A stretch of 64,000 bases of DNA from Octopus sinensis (taxonomy: Eukaryota). How positions within the stretch are numbered: the stretch's first letter is position 1; each line of letters starts with the position of its first letter. The stretch spans positions 54,932,001-54,996,000 of the forward strand of contig NC_043003.1 in NCBI RefSeq assembly GCF_006345805.1, given 5' to 3'. The notes below the pieces were generated by a model. It was not told the origin of the DNA. It did no database searches and saw only the letters and a program-made list of their open reading frames with translations. Shown one piece after another: positions 27,446 through 39,480 of the stretch. The translations under genes and the position numbers were made by a program.

Positions 27446-27790
27446 TAATGAAAATAGATGGGAAATGAAGAAATTAGCATAAACCTTATACCACAAGCTA
27501 GATCCATAATAACCAACGAAGATCATTATATCAAGAGGAAAAATTCTTCAGTATCCTGGATTGGTAAAGTTCTGCAATTCTTCGTTGAAGCAAATCAAAT
27601 GATGTTAATCGTGTGAGTGGAGGAAAAAACTTCAATGAACTATTAAGCCAGCTAGAATTAACACGTGATCAGATGCTAAAGTAGGAACATGCACTGGTTA
27701 CTAAAAACAGTATTATTTGAACTCCAAAACATTCGAGAACGATGACATACTTGTCAAACACATAGCCCCGCCACATACACACCTTACAAG

Positions 27791-28204
27791 CTCTTTTACT
27801 CTTTTACTTGTTTCAGTCATTTGATTGCAGACATGGTGGAGCACCACCTTTAGTTGAAGAAATCGACCCCAGGACTTATTCTTTGTAAGCCTAGTACTTA
27901 TTCCATCGGTCTCTTTTGCCGAAGCGCTAAGTTACGGGGAGATAAACATACCAGCATCGGTTGTCAAGCGATGCTAGGGGGAAAAACACAGACACACAAA
28001 CGTATACACTCACATGCATATGTATATATACATATATACGACGGGATTCTTTCTGTTTCCATCTACCAAATCCACTCACAAGGCTTCGGGCGGCCCGAGC
28101 CTATAGTAGAAGACACTTGCCTAAGGTGTCACGCAGTGGGATTGAACCCGGAACCATGTGGTTGGTAAGCAAACCACTTACCACAGAGCCACTCCTACAC
28201 CTAT
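27791..28204 (-). mobile_element. SINE family C, full length
   Basis: Reverse complement of 26244-26653, from the (cttttact)n tail to the ..agccactcctacacct head. Confidence 0.92.
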
Positions 28205-28812
28205 CAAGATAACAATATACAACAGCCACTGAGATTTCTGGAAGAGACCAGCTACCGCTGAACCAAGATTTTATAAAATACAGAAGAAGATGGACTAAAA
28301 ATTATATATGTCTTAGATTGAAAATTCATAAGACGAAATGATTTTATTATTCAATCGTAAGTACCGAGGAAGGTCAGTCTGCACTAACAAAGCATTTCAA
28401 ACGTTAAAATAAAGATTATTCACGTCATAACGTAAAATAAAAAAAAACTCTGATGTTATTACAAAGTAATGAGAAAACTATCATGGTCTACCCTATAGCC
28501 ATAACAAAAAGTTTCTTCTAAAGAAACGCAATTAGCTATTACGCAGCATGATTGAATGACAGTGATCGCCTTCTGAAAACTGTTGAACGAAACCCCTGGG
28601 GGTAGTAAACTGTAAACAGTTAATGAGTTGGAAAATATCGAGATATTTGTAATGGGTTGTATCGAACCGGAATGACTGGACAAAACTAGCATCATGTTAC
28701 GCAATATATCATAATGAGTGTGACGTTACAAAGATGTGTCGAATCTATGATCAGAGTTACATTTTAACTAGGAATATAAACGTTGATATATATTCTAAAG
28801 TTAGAGTATCAG

Positions 28813-29053
28813 ACTAGCTGTTTTGACCCGTGCTTCGCTCGGGTTTTGGTGGTGATGGCAAAAAAAAAAAACGGTAGCCGCGAGCTACTTGCAACCCTCC
28901 TCACACCATTGTCCACCCCATTTTACTCCCAGTGTAAATTTTGGACGCCAATCCGACCCTATCTACCGCCCCTTAAAACGTTCCCATCCCAAAATGAGAC
29001 AAATAACCAAGAAATCAAACAACTTTTTCGCATTTCAGCTTTATAGATATTGA
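28813..29053 (+). mobile_element. Non-autonomous Helitron/HINE-like element (Lep1/DINE-1 style termini)
   Basis: The 5' end actagctgttttgacccgtgcttcgctcggg has a short subterminal inverted repeat (cccg..cggg). The 3' end is ttttcgcatttcagctttatagatattgat. There is no TSD or ORF. Confidence 0.6.
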
Positions 29054-30626
29054 TAAGGATCACTCAAACCATGCATTTGAATAACCGAAAGGAAGAAGAA
29101 AACTACGAAATAGTGCAGCGTATAAAATATATAATAGTTATTCAAACGTCGGTTAGCATTAATTGAAATATCTTGTCTCTGAGAAACTTCTCTTGGAAGG
29201 CTTTCTGCGTACAAATACAGAGCTTACTCATGTTTTTCTCAAACACTGGTGTTTCGTCAGAATTTCTTATTTTTCGTGATGACTCAGTTTTTTTTTTAAT
29301 ACACAATGTCTCTTAAAGTAATGTTTCTCTGAGACAAAGTATTACAGCACGTGAACTTTTGCATTTGTATACAGATTATAAATGTTAAACACATTTTCAC
29401 ATACCTTAAACTGATGCTGTTTTAGCTGCATATATTGTATAACGTATAACCAGGCCAACTTTGAGACAAATAGTGCAGGTTTTATTTTCTGATTTCTATG
29501 TTAGAACGAGTATTTCAACTGAGCTCAAAATGCTTGAGGGTTGTTCCTTAACCAAAAGACCAAATCCTATCGAAAAACTGGTCTATGACAAGCTGCCGAC
29601 ACTATTTTCAACAAGTCTGTTTTTAACACTCTGAAAAGAAATTTCTCTTAGACATCCTACTTCTAGATATTATTCACCTCCTGTGCGCTCATTGATGGGA
29701 AGTTATATTTACGTATTTAAGAAACATCAGGTCACTAACAAAAGCTGAACTCAGTTCTACAAATAGATGTTTTAAATAGGCGTCACTTGCCATACTAGTT
29801 ACAAATTACAATTTCACGCACTGTATTTGATTGAGACTGGGAAGATAAAGGCAAAGCTTAATTTGGCATATTACGTAACAGAACAAATCCCGTCCAATGT
29901 TCCGGGATACGGTCCGATGTCATACATTTTCCACTACATGCATCAAGCTCGAAGCGCACTGCCATGTCACGAGTCCGAAATCTATTTGTAACAGGGCATT
30001 TGTGGGCGTGCTTATAATTACACTGTACCGTTTTCTACCAGAATAATTCCCGGTTCTGTTGGAATCTGTAGTAGACTACCGGTGAGAGGTCACGAAACAT
30101 GTCCGGTATATGACCATAAATCGTACAGTTCAAACCATCAAATTCAACGATTTGCCTTCGCATAACCGTACATTACGTATCATATCTCAATTTGTAGCAT
30201 CTACGTGGCCTCTGGCAGGAGACGGGCTGCTGAATAATTGTCATTTTCTATATAGCTCAAAATTAACTGATCACTGTTGTGGTCTTCAACAAAATTTTAT
30301 GAATTGTAGTTGAATGTATTCAACAAACATCTGCTCTTTACTCCCGAGGATATTTATCTCCTTTTTTTTGTCAGCAGCACAATAATTTCTCTTTCCTAGT
30401 TTGGTTCTGAACCTATTCATCAAAAAATAATTTGTGGTTGGTGAAACATCCTTAACGTGTGACATATTGAATCAAACTCTGAACAATGAGATATCTTAAG
30501 ATCGAGTTCTGCAATGAAAAATGTATTTACGTGTCCCCAACATGCTAATGTCAATGCAGGGGGCAAATTTATGAAATATAAATCTTTAATTATATAATAA
30601 TATATCATATGAAACACACAAACACA

Positions 30627-31615
30627 TGCGAGCGCGCTTTCAAATTATAGATGGTGGTATAGTAACGTTTTTTCTACACTAAATCGTCTTAATGTTGCAT
30701 TTTATTGAAGTCGAATTACGAATTCTAATCAGTAGTAACGAACATTCATTGAGTTAGTTACAAAGAAGGAATGCAGGCTCATCGACACCAATTGAGGGTT
30801 ACAGATTGCTTGTTGAGATGACATTATTGACAAAAGCAATGTGCACAAATCAGGAAGAAATTTTAAAATTAGGAAAAAAGCATTGAAGGAAACCTTGAAG
30901 TGAGAGACCACCAACTGCGACCATTGATATGATTCAGCAGAGAGCAAATGAATTCATTTGGATGGACAGAAATCTAAAACTTAAGGAGTTTTGACCTATT
31001 GAATATTGGTCAAAATATATCAGAAATGTAAGCAAATTGTATAACTTGGCAGTTGATACCGAATTTCAAGAAGGCGGGTGTAGAAATTGGCTATCATTCA
31101 TTACAAGGACTTGAAACCAATGAAGTTATGAATTTTTTTCCATCCTGGTGACAATATATGGAATGTTGGCATAACTCAATGATCCATAACAGAAGGCTCA
31201 GTTCACGGAATGGCGTCACACCAGTGCAAGAGAAATGAAATGTGCCTAGGTTGAGGACGACTAGAATGATATATTTGTGTTTTTTGACACAGCTTCGGTG
31301 TGGTGCAATTGAACCTCTATCAGTTCGGTCAGATGGAGAACATTCTTCAGAGTTAGCGATTTGCTGATACAAGGAAGGGTAATTTGGCCTTGACGACATT
31401 TGTACAACTGTGCACAACTGAAATCTTTCAAATAGAATTCGAGAATCCGTTTCAGGATGGCGCAAATGCATAGCTTGTGATAGAGATGATGTTCAGTAAC
31501 ACAACTGTATAGAGAAAGAGTTACTCTAGCAACATGCACAATTGGAACAACTTCTGTTAGCTAATAAAAAATTCATGTCCGCTTTTCCATTACTTTCGGT
31601 AGAATTCTCGCGTAT
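30627..31615 (+). mobile_element. Decayed mariner transposon with internal deletion
   Basis: Stop-riddled translation follows the mariner order: ..SERPPTATIDMIQQRANEFIWMDR.. / HPGDNIW (ITGDETW) / NDP*QKAQFTEWRHTS..FVFFD / GWRKCIACDRDDVQ*. Right TIR-like ttactttcggtagaattctcgcgta. Confidence 0.7.
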
Positions 31616-32388
31616 AATAACGCGTAACAAATCGCATGTATACTTGAATTGTATGTTCAAATATATTAAACCAACGGGAAACAATTTCGCACAATGACTA
31701 CACACAAGCATAGGAAACACAATGATAAACAAAATATTACCATAGATACACAAGCATCAACAGAACAGTAAAGAAGAAAAGGGAACATTGCCACATACAC
31801 ACATACATACTCATACAAAAATATTACAAACAAGATCCATCACATGTACACTTATACTTTTCATATGAAGGGAACTATCTCACAAAAACACATAGCAGCA
31901 TTTACATATTCATAATCATTATCAGTCTGAAAGCAAATGATTTTCGTGTTATAACTTTCTGTCATATCTAATGTTATATCTTGATTACTTATGACCCAAT
32001 CAACAAGGGAGCCAATCACTAAAATTGCCTGTTAGGGAAAACACGCCATCAGAAAAATTGCAATTTTAATTGTTGTCAACAATGAAGTATCACTAATGTT
32101 GAGAAATAAATATGCGCGCGCGTGTATGTGTGTGTGCGTGCCCGATGTGTATGTGTGCATGTGTGTGTATATGTGTATGTGAATGCATGTATATTTGAAT
32201 GCATGTGTGTAGTTATCCTTACAAACTTACACATGTGAACTGCTGTGTATGTGCGTCTCTCTTGGCATGCGTCTCTTCGTTTTTGCGTGTATGAATATAT
32301 GTATATAAATATATATAGGCACAAGCATGTATGTATGTATATATATATATATATATATTCTCCATACGTGTGTATATGAATGTATAAC

Positions 32389-32660
32389 ATGGCTGACAAA
32401 GAAGACACCGAGAATTCTCCTGCCCAAATATAAAATGGTTGGCGACATGGTAAATAGAATCCGAAAACTTGTCATTGGAGGATGTAAAGCTGGTAAATCT
32501 GTCATCCTAATTTGCAAATTTGGAGATGAATTATTGCTTGAAGAAACATCTAAAGTATTCAATAATGATAAAGACATGAAAAATGGTTTGCTATTTCCTA
32601 CTTGCATATCCATCAACAACTGTGTGTGTCATTTCGCACCCTTGGAAAGCGAACCAGGGA
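32389..32660 (+). pseudogene. PA2G4: Intronless 5' fragment of proliferation-associated 2G4 / EBP1 (pseudogene)
   Basis: ATG at 32389 gives MADKEDTE, then a frameshifting deletion, then KYKMVGDMVNRIRKLVIGGCKAGKSVILICKFGDELLLEETSKVFNNDKDMKNGLLFPTCISINNCVCHFAPLESEP. This matches the conserved PA2G4 N-terminus ([33 protein letters not shown]). The fragment ends in (TA)n. Confidence 0.9.
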
Positions 32661-32681
32661 TTATATATATATATATATAGA

Positions 32682-32775
32682 TCCACTCTTAAGTCAACAG
32701 GTGGAAGGCCGCATTCTCCATCTGTATCGCAGCCCCATGGAACAAGCTACCACAGCTTCTGGACATCTGTGGCGA
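32682..32775 (+). mobile_element. Short LINE ORF2 C-terminal fragment
   Basis: NRWKAAFSICIAAPWNKLPQ matches the AFSxRxxxxWNxLP motif of CR1/L2-group ORF2 ends. Confidence 0.55.
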
Positions 32776-33199
32776 CTATGTATAAAACTGTATATAACAA
32801 TAATCACTTTTTTACATGGCTAAGCATATTGTGCTCTTCTGCCAATAAATTTGATTTGATTCGATAAATATACCTATATTCATAAGCCTAAATATATGTG
32901 TGTTTGTGCATATGTATATTTAGATAGAAAGGTATGCATATACATATATATGTACATATATGAGTGTGTGTCTGTGTGTGTGTTCGCCCAATAGTGTTTA
33001 AGTATCACTACTTGCCGAAGGGAAAAAGAGCAATGTTTCATGAAGTTTATTGCCTCAATGTAACAGCTAAACTGCTGTGTCAATTTGAAAGCATGAAAAC
33101 CGCAATCCTTGAAAATAAGATGGAAAAATATACATTAATCAATGCAAATCATACCATAACGTAAAAGCTAATGTCATGACTTAACTGATGGTGACTACA

Positions 33200-33990
33200 T
33201 CGAAGATTTCGAAAATATATTTCAACAGCTAAAGGTTCAAAGACCCATAGATTTTACTATCTTCGCAAAAAGACAAAGAAATGTTTGCAAGGCTGTTGCA
33301 CCTTTCTCCTATCAGCTATCCCCGCAGAAACCAAAATTGCGTCCAAATTTGCCATCTTGTCACCCACCAACACTAAAAACAGGGACTCCAATGGAAACTT
33401 CTAGAGGTCCGAGGAAATTAGATATATCTTGGAACATAAACCGCTCTACTCATCGGAATCTACTCGCTTCGTTATTGCTCGTATCTGACATTCCAGGTTC
33501 AAAACAATGGTCGATATCAATAGATCCTGAACCTTCCGAAATAAAAAAAAGCAACAGTTCCACCACTCAGTGGCGGTCGACTTGGTGGTACGTAGAACTC
33601 GTAGCCACCGAAAATAGGCATGAATTCTTAAAGCTCTGAAATTCTTGCCTCGCAGATGACCACCGCAGCTATATCTAGTGGCATGGTGTCAGTGTGCAAG
33701 TGACTCTACTTCCAAGGTGACTCAGGCTACGTGAATTTACATTGCCTACTCTGTATAAGGTTAAATTCGTCATAATGTGTTTGAGATTGTGTTTTACTTG
33801 AATCACACACCTTTTCATATCAATGAATATTAAAGTAACATCCTTTTTGTTTTTGAGAGTAGGATTTCTCTGGGCCCAGACTTCCGAAATTCTAGACATG
33901 TTCACAAAAATTTCACAAAAATTCTCTCAGGTCAGATGTTCCTAAAACATAGTTCAGCTTCTTCAGCATATGTACGCACAGATATGTATC
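33200..33990 (-). mobile_element. Decayed L1/Tx1-type LINE fragment (ORF1 end plus APE endonuclease)
   Basis: Minus-strand reading with frameshifts: YRVGNVNSRSL..DIAAVVICEARI..IFGGYEFYVPPSRPPLSGGTVAF-FRK..AVYVP..LVLVGD, giving the APE motifs N-x-R, E, GGVA, YxP and GD in order. Confidence 0.65.
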
Positions 33991-34867
33991 TTTTTGACGA
34001 TACAGAATTGTTTCTATTTCTGTTTGGTCTAAAACGCGATGAATTATACTGAGCTTTTCATTTTCTTTCTGCTTTAGTCTGTTGATGTATATTTCTCCGC
34101 CGCTGTTAAATGTTCCTGCTTATTATTTAGTAGGATGATATCGAACACTTTTATGATCTTGACACAATAAATATTTATTACTCTGTTATCACTGCTGATG
34201 CTGTTGCTGGTGTCGCTAGTATCATAATTTTCGCAACCATTATTGTTTTTTATTGGAGTGTTGTAGCTGTTGTTCGTTATGGTAGCAATTCACGATTTGT
34301 TTCTGTTGGTGACTTTACGAGCCGCTTTGCTTGCTATGACAATATTTTTGCTGCTAGATATGTTGTATCTGTTGTTATATTTGTTACATTTAATGTTATA
34401 CTGTTGTTATAACCTCCTCCCATCATACGACTAGTCAACAAGGATGACGCCCTTTTGATATATTTTCATTTTTTTTTTCAGAATATTTTCTTTCAGGATA
34501 TGTTCTTTCATTTAATATGTCGTACCGTAGAACGAGTAAGGAAAACGGTTGGTAACTGCTCTCTGATTATTGTCAGCGAAGAAACAAGGCAACTGAATAA
34601 AACTAGCATACGATTTTAAACCGCAAAACAAGACACAAAGACACGCAACTTCCGAAACAAGAGTGGCTACGTGGATAGGTAATATCAACAATAAAAAGGT
34701 CAACAGCAACATTCTTCTTCTTCTTCTTCATCTTCTCCTTCCCCTTCTCCCCCTCCTCCTCCTCCTCCTCCTCTTGTTCTTATCCTCCTCCTCCTCCTTC
34801 TTCTCTCCAGTTCTCTCCTCCTCCTTCTTCTTCATTTTCTCCTTTAAAAAATTTGTTCATTAACACA

Positions 34868-35055
34868 GCGAGCTAGCAGATTCGTTGGCACGTCGGGTAA
34901 AATGCTTAACTGTATTCCGTCCGTCTTTACATTCTGAGTTCAAATTCCGCTGAGATCGACTTAGCCTTTCATGCTTTCAGATTCCATGAAATAACCACTT
35001 GAGCAGTGGGGTCGTTATAATGCACTATTCAGGCCTTGTGCTTATAGTAGAAAGG

Positions 35056-35056
<1 letters not shown>
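34868..35056 (+). mobile_element. SINE family A with (TTA)n tail
   Basis: gcgagctagcagattcgttggcacg..ctgagttcaaattccgctgagatcgacttagcctttc..ggccttgtgcttatagtagaaagg, then (TTA)n to 35234. Confidence 0.85.
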
Positions 35057-35088
<32 letters not shown>

Positions 35089-35196
35089 ATTATAATTATA
35101 ATTATTATTATTATTATTATTATTATTGTTGTTGTTGTTGGTATTGTTATTGTTATTGTTATCATCGTCATCATCATCATTATTATTATCATTATC

Positions 35197-35233
<37 letters not shown>

Positions 35234-35234
35234 C

Positions 35235-35612
35235 TAAATGTTTGGCTTTTTCTTTGCATTTGTACAAGTTGGCTTCAAGTTTCATTAAGAGACCTCAAGA
35301 AACAAGTTAAGAGTTCAAGAGAAGCGAAAGGTCGGCGGGAGCTTTCTTAGAGAAGCAGAGGGTCGGCGGGCGCTTTCTGTCTTCTCCCATCCCTATCATC
35401 TTATATCGTTATCATTCGCCCCATCAACGCTTGTCCAGCCAGCAAAGCTGCTCATATTTGTACTGCCTTTATAGCAAATAAAATGAACAAAATTTAGAAG
35501 TTCAAGTTGGTGTTATGCCTAGGGTGCCATAATTTTAGCTTTGCACAGGGTATTGTTCAAGGGAATGTCTGTCCAATCATAAGTAAATTAGAAGTTTGTT
35601 TTAAAAGTAATT
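35235..35612 (-). mobile_element. Dong/R4-clade LINE 3' UTR (same family as 50294-50705), split by a ~170-bp insert
   Basis: 35235-35320 and 35490-35612 are the reverse complement of the 3' UTR at 50500-50680 (..gagacctcaag..gttatgcctagggtgccata..gtttgttttaaaa). The 3' tip abuts (TTA)n. Confidence 0.8.
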
Positions 35613-36009
35613 TCATTATAAGATAATAGTGTGATGTCAAGATGACTGTAAAAGGTTTTTGATATCATGTACGTTGAACAGTACTTTTGAGAAATGCATA
35701 CATATTAAAATACTTTAAAAATCACATACACAGTGTTTTTCGTAGGATGTGAGAAGTTCTCATGCACATTTTAAAATAATCCCTTTTTCGATATCGTGGC
35801 ATCTGATATAGGGAGTAATCAGCCCCTTAGATACACTTATGTAGGTTGTGTCACTCATCTCGATGAAGACGTTTGATTTTTATCTCAAATCAATCAATAT
35901 AATGTTTGGCCTATTTACATCTATCTTTCTGTCAATTTGAACTGTAAGGAGGAGAACAGTCGATTACATGGACCCAATAACTCGACTTGTTTCATAATAA
36001 CAAAAGCAA

Positions 36010-36310
36010 GAAATACGTCGATAAATATATCAGAGAAATTACAATTGAAATGAAAGCAGAGCAAGTCCAAAAAACTGCTCTACTGAGGAGAGCTAAGATT
36101 TTGAGATTGATATTGGATGTTGAATGTCTTCCACGATAATTAACAACCAAGTATCAAAGCTTATTATGTGCGGAGAGGGACCCCGTGAGACCTCTGACAA
36201 CAGGCTGCCATCCGCTCTTGCAGAATCAACGAGTAGCTATGGTGGTTATATTGAGTTTCGTATATTGAGTTTCGACAACAACAACGACAACAACAATAAT
36301 AATAATAGTC
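36010..36310 (+). mobile_element. Dong/R4-clade LINE 3' end (same family as 49186-50138)
   Basis: DKYIREITIEMKAEQVQKTALLRRAKILRLIL matches the R4/Dong C-terminal QKxxLLGTAxILRxxL. A 3' UTR follows and ends in (AAC)/(AAT)n. Confidence 0.75.
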
Positions 36311-36312
36311 CT

Positions 36313-36481
36313 TTCTAGAAGGCCTGAAATCCAAAGGAAATCCGATTACATGGTACTTAATTTATCGACCCCGATAGGATGAAGGGCAAAATTCGCTTCG
36401 GTGGTATTTGAACTCAGAATGTACGGACAGTCCAAATGCCGTTAAGCATTTTGTCCCGTGTGCTAACGATTCTGCCACCTC
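36313..36481 (-). mobile_element. SINE family A copy
   Basis: tggtacttaatttatcgaccccgataggatgaagggcaaa..atttgaactcagaatgta..gctaacgattctgccacctcg. Confidence 0.85.
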
Positions 36482-36499
36482 GATGTCTCAGTGATAAGG

Positions 36500-36542
<43 letters not shown>

Positions 36543-37129
36543 TAATAATAATAAAATAATAATAATAATAATAATAATAATAGGAAAAGACGTGAATAAA
36601 ACTAAGTACTATCTGTGTCAATATACTAAACATACATTTGGACTAGGTTGTGCAGTGAAACAAAATAATAAAAATTACTGAAATATGAAAATATTAAGAA
36701 GAAATGGCGAAAGGAATAAAATATGAAATAAGTTCCAAAACAAATATGAAGTTGATAAAAATGATAGAGGAAACTCAAAAACAAAACAAAACAAAAAAAA
36801 AATACCGATACCAAATAAACTCAACTCTATAACATCGAATACAGAGTAGAACTGAGCGATAAACATAACTTTGAACTAGCAGTGCAGAGGCAGTACGGTA
36901 GTCTATAACTGCAATAAAACAATAGCAATGAAGACATAAATGAGTTGTAATTTGCTACGAATCTTATCACTCATGATGTCTTTGTCAGCAGGTGGAGAAT
37001 GTAAAACTAGAATAAAAGCCGTTCTGGTTGGATAATTAAATTGGTTGTACGAGACATAGACAGATAGAATTGTGAATATTAGGTGATTAAGAGTAAATAG
37101 GTCGGAATTAATACGACATTAGTACGTAT

Positions 37130-37141
37130 ACGTATGTATAT

Positions 37142-37208
<67 letters not shown>

Positions 37209-37212
37209 GTAT

Positions 37213-37276
<64 letters not shown>

Positions 37277-37617
37277 TATATATATGTATACATATGTATA
37301 TATATGTATATATATAGATATATATATATAGATATGTATATATATGTATATATATATGTGAATATATGTATATATATGTGTATATATATATGTGTATATA
37401 TGTATATATATATATATGATATGTGTATATATATGTATATATATGTATGTGTATATATGTATATATATGTATATATATATACATATATTTATACATATAT
37501 ATATACACATCTATATATACACATCTATATATACACATATATATACATATATATATATATACATACATATATATATACATATATATATTAATATGTATAT
37601 ATATATACATATACTTA

Positions 37618-37661
<44 letters not shown>

Positions 37662-37966
37662 TATGTACTCAGGCTCACACAGTTTGGTAAAAATCGAGAG
37701 TAACACTCAAATACGTCGGATGAAATATATTCTACATACACACGCATGAATGTATGTATGTATTTGCGTACACACGCAGACATATAGACAGGGAGAGATA
37801 TATATACACATGCATACATTTAAACACACCCACATTCATACTAACAAATACACGTATAATATATTTTGCTGTTGCATTTCTCTATTACTATCGACTTACA
37901 CTAACGTATATCCTGAGTCATATACATATGAATGTATATGGATATAAACTTTCTACTACGCACGCT

Positions 37967-38043
<77 letters not shown>

Positions 38044-38150
38044 GTATATATATATGTATATATATATATATTTATGCATATATATAAATGGGTATATATA
38101 TGTATATATATAAATGTGTATATATATAAATGTATATATATATATATATA
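37130..38150. repeat. ~1-kb degenerate (TA)n microsatellite cluster
   Basis: Direct reading. Confidence 0.95.
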
Positions 38151-38576
38151 TCAACCAAATACCTTACATATATCTAAGCGAACGGGAAATAAAATATAAA
38201 TAAACAACAAAGAAATAGGAAAAAATTGGAAAAATGAAATAACATACGTGAAAAAGAATGAATCGATTATGTTAGGTAAAGATAGAGGAAGATGAAATGT
38301 CTATTGTTGATAATAATTCCTTTCTAACGGCCACCAGCTGTCTGATTATACCAATGATTTTCAATGGAATTGCCGCAGTACTTTCACTGGTTTGGTTGTT
38401 AGCCGCCCATAGTGCATGGTGAAAATGGTGAGATTGTTAGATTTGTAATATCTACTTATAAGAGATAGCCTTTGAACAAGAGGACAGTAAAAAAAAACAA
38501 TAGGAAACAACGCTACCCAGACACAAATATCAGTTACTATGAAAGAAGTGTTCTAGGAAGAAATTGCTTAAATGTG

Positions 38577-38625
<49 letters not shown>

Positions 38626-39057
38626 TGTCTGTGTGGGTGTGTTTACATGTTAATACATGTACACACACACACACACTCATATGACTAGGCAGATGAAGAG
38701 ACGGAAGTCGAAACGTGTGGCCATATCTTAAGGGGCTATGTAATACAGAACAAACACACACACACACACTTATATATATATATATATTTACACATATTTA
38801 TAGTGTGGTGTGTGTGTGTGTGTGTGTGTGCAAGTTTTGTGTGTATATTCACATACATACTGTGCATTTTATGATAATCCGTAGTGTGTGATCAGATATT
38901 TTACTCTCGTCTCTTTTATCTGCTTAGCTATATCATCCGTAGATAATAAACTGAATATATCTAATCAGTAACAGTGCATTCATTATTTATTGTGTGTTAT
39001 TGTTACTCTCAGGCGTTCGATGTTCCACTCCCATTTTCTTTTTATCTATTCTCTTAC

Positions 39058-39120
39058 CCCTCATTCTGTACACCTCATTCTGTAACACACTCTGAGACAT
39101 ATGTCTATATAAATATACCG
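39058..39120 (-). CDS. Candidate 63-nt internal exon (A)VYLYRHMSQSVLQNEVYRMR(G)
   Basis: Minus-strand acceptor ttccttatttcttcctcctctaactcAG and donor GGG|GTAAGA. The only open frame is phase 1-1, which is compatible with the candidate at 1714-1793. No homology was recognised. Confidence 0.3.
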
Positions 39121-39480
39121 CTGAGTTAGAGGAGGAAGAAATAAGGAATGAGATACTGACCGGGTGATCGTAATAGTACACAATATAAATGGATTTTATT
39201 CAGGCAAAATAACCTCTATCACTTATCCTGTAAATTACAATTCTATACAAAACTTTCTGTTAAAGGAACTAAAGGATTGTTTTTTATAATTCATAGGTAG
39301 AATATCTTGTTAGTTATGAAAAGCTAACTGGAGAAAAATTGCGTTGTCTAAAAACGTTTAAGACTAGGTCTAAGATTTATATTTTCCCCCAAATCCGGGT
39401 GACATATCCAAACATATTTCTGTTTAATAAACTCTCATCAGTGAATTATAGGTTTCGCCATATTTGACGATGTAGTAATA

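Noticed and set aside
29850-30330. GC-richer block, considered as a Helitron helicase or other transposase remnant
   Set aside because: No motif could be aligned convincingly in any frame.
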